A stretch of 55,777 bases of DNA, from IMG/VR virus record IMGVR_UViG_3300025280_000039, positions 1 through 55,777 of that record. The stretch is one strand, 5' to 3'. Made by a program: the position numbers and the translations under genes. Below are positions 1 to 7,194 of this stretch, piece after piece (the first letter of the stretch is position 1; each line of letters starts with the position of its first letter). Source of the DNA: a virus. Lineage: Duplodnaviria > Caudoviricetes. The notes beneath the pieces were generated by a model, which saw nothing but the letters and a program-made list of their open reading frames with translations, had not been told where the DNA came from and did no database searches.

Positions 1-353
1 CGACAACGCACCACCAACCCCGATTCCCCCGACCTCAAACCATTGACCACGAGCTCCCGACCCTGCTCCCCCCCGAATAAATACAGGTTGGGGGAGGAGA
101 GAGGGTGGGCTAAGAAGAAACTTACCCCGCCAGATCGGTAAAAAGCGTAGTGCCACGCAATTTGGTGAGACGACAGATTTAGCCGGTAATTTTTAGTCGT
201 TTTGAGCTCAATCCAAAATGGCACTCCCTCGGCGCACACAAAAACGTCTGGAATCCCTCCTCCAAAGCGGTTTTCAATCCGCGTCAAGTGCCAATCTTGA
301 GGTATTTTCTTCTTCAGCCGATTCCACAACAGCGTCTCCGGTTTCTGCGACAT
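1..353 (-). CDS. PD-(D/E)XK nuclease (VRR-NUC / Holliday junction resolvase-like), runs off window edge
   Basis: Not in ORF track; manual translation from ATG at 353: MSQKPETLLWNRLKKKIPQDWHLTRIENRFGGGIPDVFVCAEGVPFWIELKTTKNYRLNLSSHQIAWH... with GIPD...IELK motif; no stop before position 1. Confidence 0.8.
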   Translation of the reverse strand, partial: MSQKPETLLWNRLKKKIPQDWHLTRIENRFGGGIPDVFVCAEGVPFWIELKTTKNYRLNLSSHQIAWHYAFYRSGGVSFFLAHPLSSPNLYLFGGEQGRELVVNGLRSGESGLVVRC

Positions 354-864
354 CTACCACCTCGTATTGTGCCTCGAGAAAGACTGATGGATGCTGCCGG
401 CGCAGCTCGAGCAGCCGCACCTCTATCTCCTCGCGGCTCATACTCTCGACAGCGTGGTAATGATTCGTCTCACGTCTATCTACAGTCAAGCCGCCCAAGG
501 CCGAGCGGGTTTTCTCGGCGTTAATGGCCGCCGAGAATTTCCCACCTTCCTCAGCACCAATCGAGAGCTCGCGCAGTCGCTTAAGCTGGCCCAGCAGAGT
601 TACGCCATATTTCCTTTGTCGATCCTCACGGAGCTCATTGATATATTCCGCGACGTGGGGAAACAAGCCAGGGTCAAGAAGTTTATACGCCTGGGCCTTA
701 GCCACCCCGGGTCCATCACTGTAGCCGGCGAGGCGCACGCACTCCGCGTTTGAGTTCTGGCCATCCACATAATATCGCGCGAACTGTTTCTGACGGTTCG
801 TTAGCGTCCGCCCAGTTTTTTCTTCGATTGCTTCGGCTCTTCGAGCCATTCCAGGTTTACTCAT
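274..864 (-). CDS. terS: terminase small subunit
   Basis: N-terminal LTNRQKQFARYYVDG...AECVRLAGYS helix-turn-helix typical of TerS; C-terminal SAAINAEK..G segment. Confidence 0.75.
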   Translation of the reverse strand: MSKPGMARRAEAIEEKTGRTLTNRQKQFARYYVDGQNSNAECVRLAGYSDGPGVAKAQAYKLLDPGLFPHVAEYINELREDRQRKYGVTLLGQLKRLRELSIGAEEGGKFSAAINAEKTRSALGGLTVDRRETNHYHAVESMSREEIEVRLLELRRQHPSVFLEAQYEVVDVAETGDAVVESAEEENTSRLALDAD

Positions 865-868
865 TAGG

Positions 869-1247
869 TTTGCCCCGTATAGCAGGTAAAATATGAAAAC
901 AGTTTTCAGATCTTAGTTCAACGCCTCTTCGCACGACTAGAAATTTTTATTTGATATAAATCATTACAAACAAGTACTTACATTACAAACAAAGCATGAA
1001 ACACGTAATCATAAAACATGACAAAAAGTGTTACGAATGAAAATCTGTAGAAACAATGACTTACAGACCTAAAAATTACGAAGTGTTACAAGTGTTACGA
1101 AAACAGCGAAAAGTGTTACGGATCTTTTGTCCATGTTTCAATGACTTACGGCCGAAAACCCCAAATCCGTAACACCGTAACACTTTTTTTGACCAAAAAA
1201 ACGTTTTCAAAAAACGTTTTCAGATTTTGCCTGCTATACGGGGCGAA
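869..1247. repeat. origin-like region: 32-bp inverted repeat (869-900 / 1216-1247) enclosing AAGTGTTAC(G/A) iterons
   Basis: IR arms differ at 3 of 32 positions; iterons at 1026, 1081, 1090, 1111 and inverted at 1168 (partial) and 1176; AT-rich; between divergent transcription units. Confidence 0.7.
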
Positions 1248-1322
1248 GTCATTTTCCTTGATCCTATGTCCCCCATCATTTATTATTAGGTTGTAGTTCC
1301 AGAAAGCAGAGAGGAGAGCATT

Positions 1323-1607
1323 ATGAAAGACCCTACCCCAGACATCAAAGAGATGCCGCTGCAAGACGTGCGCGTTGAGTTCGAGCGCCTTGGCGGTATG
1401 TTTCTGGACGTCGATGTCAGTTACCACCTTGAATTTGAAGCCGGCGAGCGTTACCCCATCGTCCACGTGGACGATGTCATAGGGTTCGTTGCTCGGTTGC
1501 AGAAATACATCAGCGTGAAGCACGAGGTCGTTAACATGGCCGGCCTTGAGCAGCGTCTCGAGGACCAGGTCATCGAAAACATGTGGGCGGATGGAGAGCT
1601 GCCATGA
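1323..1607 (+). CDS. hypothetical phage protein
   Basis: ATG with strong GAGGAG SD; first gene of a translationally coupled chain. Confidence 0.65.
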   Translation: MKDPTPDIKEMPLQDVRVEFERLGGMFLDVDVSYHLEFEAGERYPIVHVDDVIGFVARLQKYISVKHEVVNMAGLEQRLEDQVIENMWADGELP

Positions 1608-1798
1608 GAACAAAAGAGCGCACCCCAGAGCATTTGTTTGCGGAGGCTTGTCTCAGCGACAACACGTTGGAAGAGCTCCAGGTGGCCGTTGCGTTGCCGC
1701 CGGACAGCTATGACATGGCCGAGTTTGGCATACCCTCAGCGGCTGCGTATTACGCTGCACTGAGGGACGCTATCGAATGGATGGAGGAGAGGACATGA
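1604..1798 (+). CDS. hypothetical phage protein
   Basis: ATGA overlap with upstream stop; GGAG SD. Confidence 0.6.
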   Translation: MRTKERTPEHLFAEACLSDNTLEELQVAVALPPDSYDMAEFGIPSAAAYYAALRDAIEWMEERT

Positions 1799-2250
1799 AA
1801 ACAATCACGATCAACAAGACTGAGCTGAACATTTCGGCAGCCGAGCAACGCGCGTTGGGCATCTTGGCGGACCACGATTTTACTGTGCCACTGAGCGCAT
1901 TTGAGGAGGGGCGGTCATGGCGGCACAAGAAATTTATTTTGCCGCGAGGATCTAGAGCGAAGAAACTCGGCATTGAGGTTATTGATCTGGATATTTTGTG
2001 TAATCTTTTTGGCGGTATTTCGCACCAGAGAAACATGAGAAAGGACGTTATTGAGAGAGGAACGGCAGCGATTATTCGATTTTGGGCTGCCGGCGCCGGA
2101 ACGTGGATGGGAACACCTCCATGCTCTCAGCAAGCAGCAAGCAGGCTTAAACGCTTTTTTCGTGAACATCCGCGTCACAAGAAATGTGTGCTTGGTGACC
2201 CCCGAAAAATAAATCTCATTTTGGCAAAGTGCGGGGGAGCGTTGTCATGA
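1795..2250 (+). CDS. hypothetical phage protein
   Basis: ATGA overlap; GGAGGAG SD; MKTITINK start. Confidence 0.6.
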   Translation: MKTITINKTELNISAAEQRALGILADHDFTVPLSAFEEGRSWRHKKFILPRGSRAKKLGIEVIDLDILCNLFGGISHQRNMRKDVIERGTAAIIRFWAAGAGTWMGTPPCSQQAASRLKRFFREHPRHKKCVLGDPRKINLILAKCGGALS

Positions 2251-2447
2251 GCCCTGGACCGTGCGAGAGGTGCCACCAACCGATTTTGGATGAGGATGAT
2301 TACCATTCGGATGATTCGGGCGAACATCACCAAGCCTGTTTTGACGAGTGGTTCAAGGAGGAGGGGGCCTATTGGCGTCCGATTTACGATCGGGAAAAAC
2401 GTGCTGGACTGATACCGAAACGAGGAGATGATAGTGACCGTATTTGA
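2247..2447 (+). CDS. small hypothetical protein (CxxC...HxxC, possible Zn-binding)
   Basis: ATGA overlap; CERC...HQAC. Confidence 0.5.
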   Translation: MSPGPCERCHQPILDEDDYHSDDSGEHHQACFDEWFKEEGAYWRPIYDREKRAGLIPKRGDDSDRI

Positions 2448-3300
2448 TGAGAGTAAAATTGAGCAGAATGTTCGTGACAGGTTTGCAGCGGAAGAAGACG
2501 CAATCCGGATACCAGTACGAAAACTGGACCGGGACATACTCAAGGCCGCTTCGGAGTTGACATCGACGGAGGCGAGATTTCTGGTCGATGCTTATTACTC
2601 GATGCAAGCTGGGCGCATCCGCGCCAACAACCAGATTCGTGCCCTCACGGAAAGCGGGGAACCGCATGAGAGCATCGGTTGGCTTTCAACCGAGAGCCGT
2701 GTGCTGGAGGAGAGTGTCAAACGCGCCTTGGACGTCTACTCGGATAACCACCCTGTCGGAACCAGAATGCGGACCGTCGTGGGGGTCGGGCCTGTTATTG
2801 CAGCAGGCTTCCTGGCCCACATCGATATAAACCGAGCGCCAACAGCGGGTGCAATCTGGCGCTATGCAGGACTCGACCCAACCAGCGAATGGCGCAAGGG
2901 TGAGAAGCGACCCTTCAACGCGGCGCTCAAAACCTTGTGCTGGAAACTCGGCGAGTCCTTTGTGAAGGTGTCAAACCACCCCGACTCTCTTTACGGACAA
3001 ATCTATAAGGAACGCAAGGACATCGAGCTCAGCAAGAACGAGGCCGGCGACTTTTCCGACCAGGCTGATGCTAAATTGGAAAGGTACAAAATCGGGAAGA
3101 CTACCGACGCCTATAAAGCGTATTCCATTGGCAAACTGCCACCGGCCCACATTCATGCGCGCGCCAAGCGGTATGCTGTGAAAATGTTCATCTCACACCT
3201 CCATGAAATCTGGTACGAGATCGAACTTGGGAAACCGGCACCCGTTCCCTACGTCATGGCGCACGGCGGCCATGTCCATAAGATCGAGCCGAACTGGTAG
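2428..3300 (+). CDS. tasA: TIGR-associated Nop-domain protein, nuclease-less (TasA-like; IS110/Nop superfamily)
   Basis: Coiled coil (LVDAYYSMQAGRIRANNQ), then VVGVGPVIAAGFLAHID...AGAIWRYAGLDP...FNAALKTLCWKLGESF...YKERK...HIHARAKRYAVKMFISHL, the IS110 C-terminal/Nop fold; no N-terminal DEDD RuvC; no SG serine loop after GLDP; GGAG SD; repeat-spacer array starts 7 nt after the stop. Confidence 0.85.
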   Translation: MIVTVFDESKIEQNVRDRFAAEEDAIRIPVRKLDRDILKAASELTSTEARFLVDAYYSMQAGRIRANNQIRALTESGEPHESIGWLSTESRVLEESVKRALDVYSDNHPVGTRMRTVVGVGPVIAAGFLAHIDINRAPTAGAIWRYAGLDPTSEWRKGEKRPFNAALKTLCWKLGESFVKVSNHPDSLYGQIYKERKDIELSKNEAGDFSDQADAKLERYKIGKTTDAYKAYSIGKLPPAHIHARAKRYAVKMFISHLHEIWYEIELGKPAPVPYVMAHGGHVHKIEPNW

Positions 3301-3306
3301 CATCAT

Positions 3307-4120
3307 CCACGAACCAAGATGGGAGAGAGGTCCAGGCAAGCAGAGCGAACCAACGCGTGAGAGAGAATCATGGGTGTTGACAGAATCAATTGGAGAAAAT
3401 GATCCAACCGGAGACGAGGGAACCAAGTGAGAAGAGAGATCCACACTTGGCAAGCAGGGCGAGAGGTCCATTGAAGGAGAGCGAACCAATGGGTGAGAGA
3501 GAATCAGGATCCAGGGAACGAATCAGGTAAACAGAATGATCCAGGGAACGCGAGCAGTTTTACATGCGGAACGAGAGGTCCATCCGAGGCGAGGGAACCA
3601 TCTGCGAAGAGAGAATCAAGAATGTTGAACGAATCAACAACTCCGAATGAATCAAGCTTTTGTGAACGAATCAAAGGTTCGGAATGATCCAGTTCCATCT
3701 GAGCGAATTTTGCCAATCAAGAAGAGAGAATCAAGGTAGATGACTCAGAAGCAGTCAGACCGACGTTTTAAATCCACTCTTGGAGACCAGAACCACCAAT
3801 GATGAGAGATTCAAATCCATTAGAGGAGAGAGATCCAAATCCATATCCACGGAGAGATCCATCCGGGGCGAGCGAACCACAAACCAAGAGAGATTCAAAT
3901 CCACTCGACAAGAGAGAACCACCTTCTCTGAGAGATCCATTTACCGGAGAGCGAGCCAGTGCCAGAGAGAGAATCGAAGAACAGGAACGAATCAGGTACC
4001 ACGAATGATCCATGAAAAAAGAGGGAACCATCCGCGAAGAGAGATCCAACGGTCTACAGGGAACCAACGATGACGAGAGATCCACCCAGTCAGAGGGAAC
4101 CAATTGAGAAGAGAGAACCA
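3307..4120 (+). ncRNA. TIGR-like tandem interspaced guide RNA array (~43 repeats of ~10 nt, spacers 8-9 nt)
   Basis: Repeats such as GAGAGGTCCA (3325), GAGCGAACCA (3343), GAGAGAATCA (3361), GAGGGAACCA (3416), GAACGAATCA (3516), GAATGATCCA (3534) ... GAGAGAACCA (4111) recur every 18-19 nt with variable spacers; directly downstream of Nop-like gene. Confidence 0.85.
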
Positions 4121-4134
4121 TTTAGGAGTGTGAA

Positions 4135-4530
4135 ATGATAACTGAGCGAAGTTTCGATCGCAGCATTAAGAGGATTATTTCCGGCGTGACATACAACACC
4201 GAGACAGCGACGGAGGTCGCGGGGGTGGTTGGTGAGGCACTCTTTAAAACTCGGTACGGTTCTTATTTCATCGCTTACGAAAACTCGGAACGTGAATGTG
4301 ACAGGGGGCTGTCCCCGATATCTAGGGAAGAGGCTAGAACGTGGCTAAAAACCCACTATCGGCGGGAGTTGCCGCCATGGACGTCCAACGCAGAGCGTCG
4401 GATTACGCTGCGCATGCCGAGCACGCTAGGAATCCAAATTGACGCTCTGGCGAAGAGCAATGATCAATCGACAAATGCTTGGATCATCCGGTGCCTCGAG
4501 CGCTGTGTCCGAGCTCAAGGAACTAACTGA
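4135..4530 (+). CDS. protein with C-terminal ribbon-helix-helix (Arc/HicB-like) DNA-binding domain
   Basis: C-terminal RITLRMPSTLGIQIDALAKSNDQSTNAWIIRCL; AGGAG SD just after last array repeat. Confidence 0.7.
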   Translation: MITERSFDRSIKRIISGVTYNTETATEVAGVVGEALFKTRYGSYFIAYENSERECDRGLSPISREEARTWLKTHYRRELPPWTSNAERRITLRMPSTLGIQIDALAKSNDQSTNAWIIRCLERCVRAQGTN

Positions 4531-4621
4531 TGGGATTACTAGGAAAAAGCAGCAGAGGTCGTACCTACTGCAATGTCATATGTTATGTGCAGTTTTCATC
4601 CACTTTACATTTCAGGGGATA

Positions 4622-4837
4622 ATGATGAGGGACATAAAAAGCACCCGCGACATGCGCGGTTTCCTGCTTGAGCAAATGCAGGGAGTGGCCGAAGGAACTA
4701 CCGATTTGGGGACGGCCAAGGGCGTTGCCAACATCGCGCAACAGGTCTACAACACAATCAACATCGAGCTTAAGGTGGCCCAAGCCAAGGAAAAGCTTAA
4801 AGGACTGACAATTGACTCTGTCAACTTTGACGATTAG
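4622..4837 (+). CDS. hypothetical phage protein
   Basis: Start reassigned to ATG 4622 after AGGGG SD; MMRDIKSTRDMRGFLL...AKGVANIAQQVYNTINIELK. Confidence 0.6.
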   Translation: MMRDIKSTRDMRGFLLEQMQGVAEGTTDLGTAKGVANIAQQVYNTINIELKVAQAKEKLKGLTIDSVNFDD

Positions 4838-5462
4838 TGGCGTTGACGCCGATATCATCGCCGACGCTATTGCGTCCGCCAAAGCCCAGCAGGATAGCAG
4901 GAACCTAACCAAGAAAATTTTGGAGTGCGATGAAGCATTTGCTGAATACATAGCGAAAACCTCGTTCAGGAGAGAGCCGTGCGTTCGGCAGGGCACCTAC
5001 GGAGGGAGGCAGATGCCCATTTATTGTCACTGGTACGGCTTCCCCTGGGAGGACCCCCGCAGTCCTGTCGTGATGCTGGGGTCACGCTATAGTTTGATTC
5101 GACGATTTTCTTGGAGCACCTCCGCCTGCGCCAACGGTTGGGCCTATGAGGTTTTTCTGCGCTACATGCGACGGTCCAAATTCACCTCTATGGACAGACG
5201 TGAAATTTCCAATTTCATAAGGGATGTGGAACACAGACTCTATAGAAAATTTTCGCTTTCGTATCATTTCGACAATCGCGTCGCGCCTCTCGTATATGAA
5301 CATTGGTGGATTGGCGGGGAGGCTTTTTTTCGGCAAGGCCCCATCAGTGAGACGATGATGCGGCTACTAATGCAGGTGTACAAAAAGTTTGGCACGTTGA
5401 GCGAGAAGGCTCTCCGGTATGCCGAGAAGGCGTCGGCTGAGGAGGTGGAGAGTGAAAAATGA
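4812..5462 (+). CDS. hypothetical protein
   Basis: 216-aa ORF overlapping both neighbours; start uncertain. Confidence 0.55.
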   Translation: MTLSTLTISGVDADIIADAIASAKAQQDSRNLTKKILECDEAFAEYIAKTSFRREPCVRQGTYGGRQMPIYCHWYGFPWEDPRSPVVMLGSRYSLIRRFSWSTSACANGWAYEVFLRYMRRSKFTSMDRREISNFIRDVEHRLYRKFSLSYHFDNRVAPLVYEHWWIGGEAFFRQGPISETMMRLLMQVYKKFGTLSEKALRYAEKASAEEVESEK

Positions 5463-5922
5463 GCTGCTTGCAGCATTGTTAATGCTTCCGCTTTGTGTGG
5501 CGGCGGTGGACGACTTTCCGCCGGTGACAAGTGACGAGCAGTACTGTATGGCCGAAGCCATGTATTTTGAGGCTCGAGGCGACGGTTGGCGGGGGATGGT
5601 AGCTGTAGGAGCGGTGGTGATGAACCGTGTGGCTGACCGCCGTTATCCGGACACGGTGTGTGAGGTAGTGCACCAGGGAGCGGAGCGCAATGACCGGCTC
5701 TGCCAGTTCAGCTACTTTTGTGATGGGCTTCCGGAAGCGTTTGGTGACAGTGAGCTCCGGGACTTGGCATATCGGATGGCTGATGCGGTCTTGAGCAGTG
5801 GGCGGGTGTCGGTGGTCGGCGTAGCCAACGCAACACATTACCACGCAATGCGCGTAGCACCGTGGTGGGCCGACACTCTCGAGCTCCAGGGATGCGTGGG
5901 CGACCACGTCTTCTACCAATGA
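5452..5922 (+). CDS. SleB-like cell wall hydrolase (Hydrolase_2) with N-terminal signal peptide
   Basis: CMAEAMYFEARGD...AVGAVVMNRV...YPDTVCEVVHQ...CQFSYFCDG...ATHYHA...PWW...GDHVFY; GTG start with GGAGG SD; hydrophobic N-terminus. Confidence 0.9.
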   Translation: MKNELLAALLMLPLCVAAVDDFPPVTSDEQYCMAEAMYFEARGDGWRGMVAVGAVVMNRVADRRYPDTVCEVVHQGAERNDRLCQFSYFCDGLPEAFGDSELRDLAYRMADAVLSSGRVSVVGVANATHYHAMRVAPWWADTLELQGCVGDHVFYQ

Positions 5923-6440
5923 AAAACATGGACTTTGACCGAGATGAGTGGCGCACTCCAGCGTGGCTGTTTCGGGTTGCCTCTCGAAACTTCGGCCCTT
6001 TTTCGCTGGATGTCGCGGCAACTGACGAGAATACGCTATGTCCATCCTTTTTTACCAAAGACACAGATGCACTGTCGCAAAAGTGGCCTTCCCAAGATGA
6101 AGAGGACGATTTTGGGATTGACGTGGTCTGGTGCAACCCGCCTTATTCCAACATTACACCTTGGCTCGAGCACGCTATTGAGTGTCGATCTGAGGTGGTG
6201 TTTCTCTTGCCGACGCCGAACGGTGAGAAGCGTGACAGACTGATTTTCGGATACGCCACGGACATTTTGTTTTTCGACAAGAGAGTGGCTTTCGTGCAGC
6301 CGAACGGGACGCCCAGAATAGGCAATCCCCGAGGTTCGTGTTTAGTGAGGTTTGCGCCTCTGGTCCCTGGCCGTTACGGTTGGCGTCCCAGGCACAAAAA
6401 AGACAGGGTCAGAGCAGATTTATATGAGGGTGCCAGCTAG
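5919..6440 (+). CDS. dam: phage DNA N6-adenine methyltransferase (Dam-like)
   Basis: DEWRTP...FSLDVAA...DALSQKW...VWCNPPYS motif; ATGA overlap. Confidence 0.88.
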   Translation: MKNMDFDRDEWRTPAWLFRVASRNFGPFSLDVAATDENTLCPSFFTKDTDALSQKWPSQDEEDDFGIDVVWCNPPYSNITPWLEHAIECRSEVVFLLPTPNGEKRDRLIFGYATDILFFDKRVAFVQPNGTPRIGNPRGSCLVRFAPLVPGRYGWRPRHKKDRVRADLYEGAS

Positions 6441-6688
6441 CTTCCTCGATCTTTGTGGCCGGCCCCTTCTCCAGATGTTTTGATTGCATCCAGATCGTAG
6501 TTCATGGCTGCCAGCAATGCCTCCATTTTATAGATGGAGGGCTCGAGGATCTTCTTTCTTTCGTAGTTTTCAATGGTTGAGATGCCGACCCCAGACCGCC
6601 TGGAGAGCTCGGTGCGCGTGAGCCGAGTCTCTTTCCGAGTCTCCAGCAGAATGCTGGACCAGTGGTCTGGAATCGGTCCCTTCATCAA
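6437..6688 (-). CDS. XRE-family helix-turn-helix regulator
   Basis: RKETRLTRTELSRRSGVGISTIENYERKK...PSIYKMEALL. Confidence 0.85.
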   Translation of the reverse strand: MMKGPIPDHWSSILLETRKETRLTRTELSRRSGVGISTIENYERKKILEPSIYKMEALLAAMNYDLDAIKTSGEGAGHKDRGS

Positions 6689-6948
6689 TGCGTCGTGTGG
6701 TCTTCTTCGCCCTCGAACTCTTCAAGAATAGACGCATAACTGGTGTAAGGCGACCCGCGGTCAAATGCGAGTGTAATGGCCAAAAGCCGACTCATCATGT
6801 ACCCCAGCGTGGGAACGCCCATGTGCGAGGCACCGTATTCAATGGCAACTCGGAATAGAGCAATGGTCTTGGCCGTGGGCGATACGTCCTCGGAGCATTT
6901 GTCGGTCAGATCGCAAACATTTTCGTAAAATTTGTCTAGATCGTTCAT
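6685..6948 (-). CDS. hypothetical protein
   Basis: Coupled by 4-nt overlaps on both sides. Confidence 0.6.
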   Translation of the reverse strand: MNDLDKFYENVCDLTDKCSEDVSPTAKTIALFRVAIEYGASHMGVPTLGYMMSRLLAITLAFDRGSPYTSYASILEEFEGEEDHTTH

Positions 6949-7184
6949 GAGATAAAGCTAACGTTGTCGGGAAGAGAATCTTGCTCTTTGTGAATCTCGG
7001 CATAGAACTCCAAGACTTCTTTGTTGCTAGGGAAATCCTTAGCCAAATTCACCAAAAAAGCAATCTGTTGTGCCGGCGAGCGGTGGTCCGTTTGCGCCAT
7101 TTGCCACAAATCGGCCCACACCTCGAGAGGCACTGCCACGGATCGGAACTTCCGGTTTTCTTTCTCTGATACAGTTTTCACCAT
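6945..7184 (-). CDS. small ribbon-helix-helix-like DNA-binding protein
   Basis: FRSVAVPLEVWADLWQMAQTDHRSPAQQIAFLV; AGGAG SD. Confidence 0.55.
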   Translation of the reverse strand: MVKTVSEKENRKFRSVAVPLEVWADLWQMAQTDHRSPAQQIAFLVNLAKDFPSNKEVLEFYAEIHKEQDSLPDNVSFIS

Positions 7185-7194
7185 TGTACTTCTC

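Noticed and set aside
2428-3300. IS110-family transposase / insertion sequence
   Set aside because: No DEDD RuvC domain and no serine loop; the gene is overlapped into a phage operon and is followed by a periodic repeat-spacer array
3307-4120. CRISPR array
   Set aside because: Repeats (~10 nt) and spacers (8-9 nt) are far too short, repeats are degenerate, and no cas genes are present
3193-4121. Short ORFs on both strands across the array
   Set aside because: Low-complexity translations produced by the 18-nt period; frames shift at 19-nt units; no consistent reading frame
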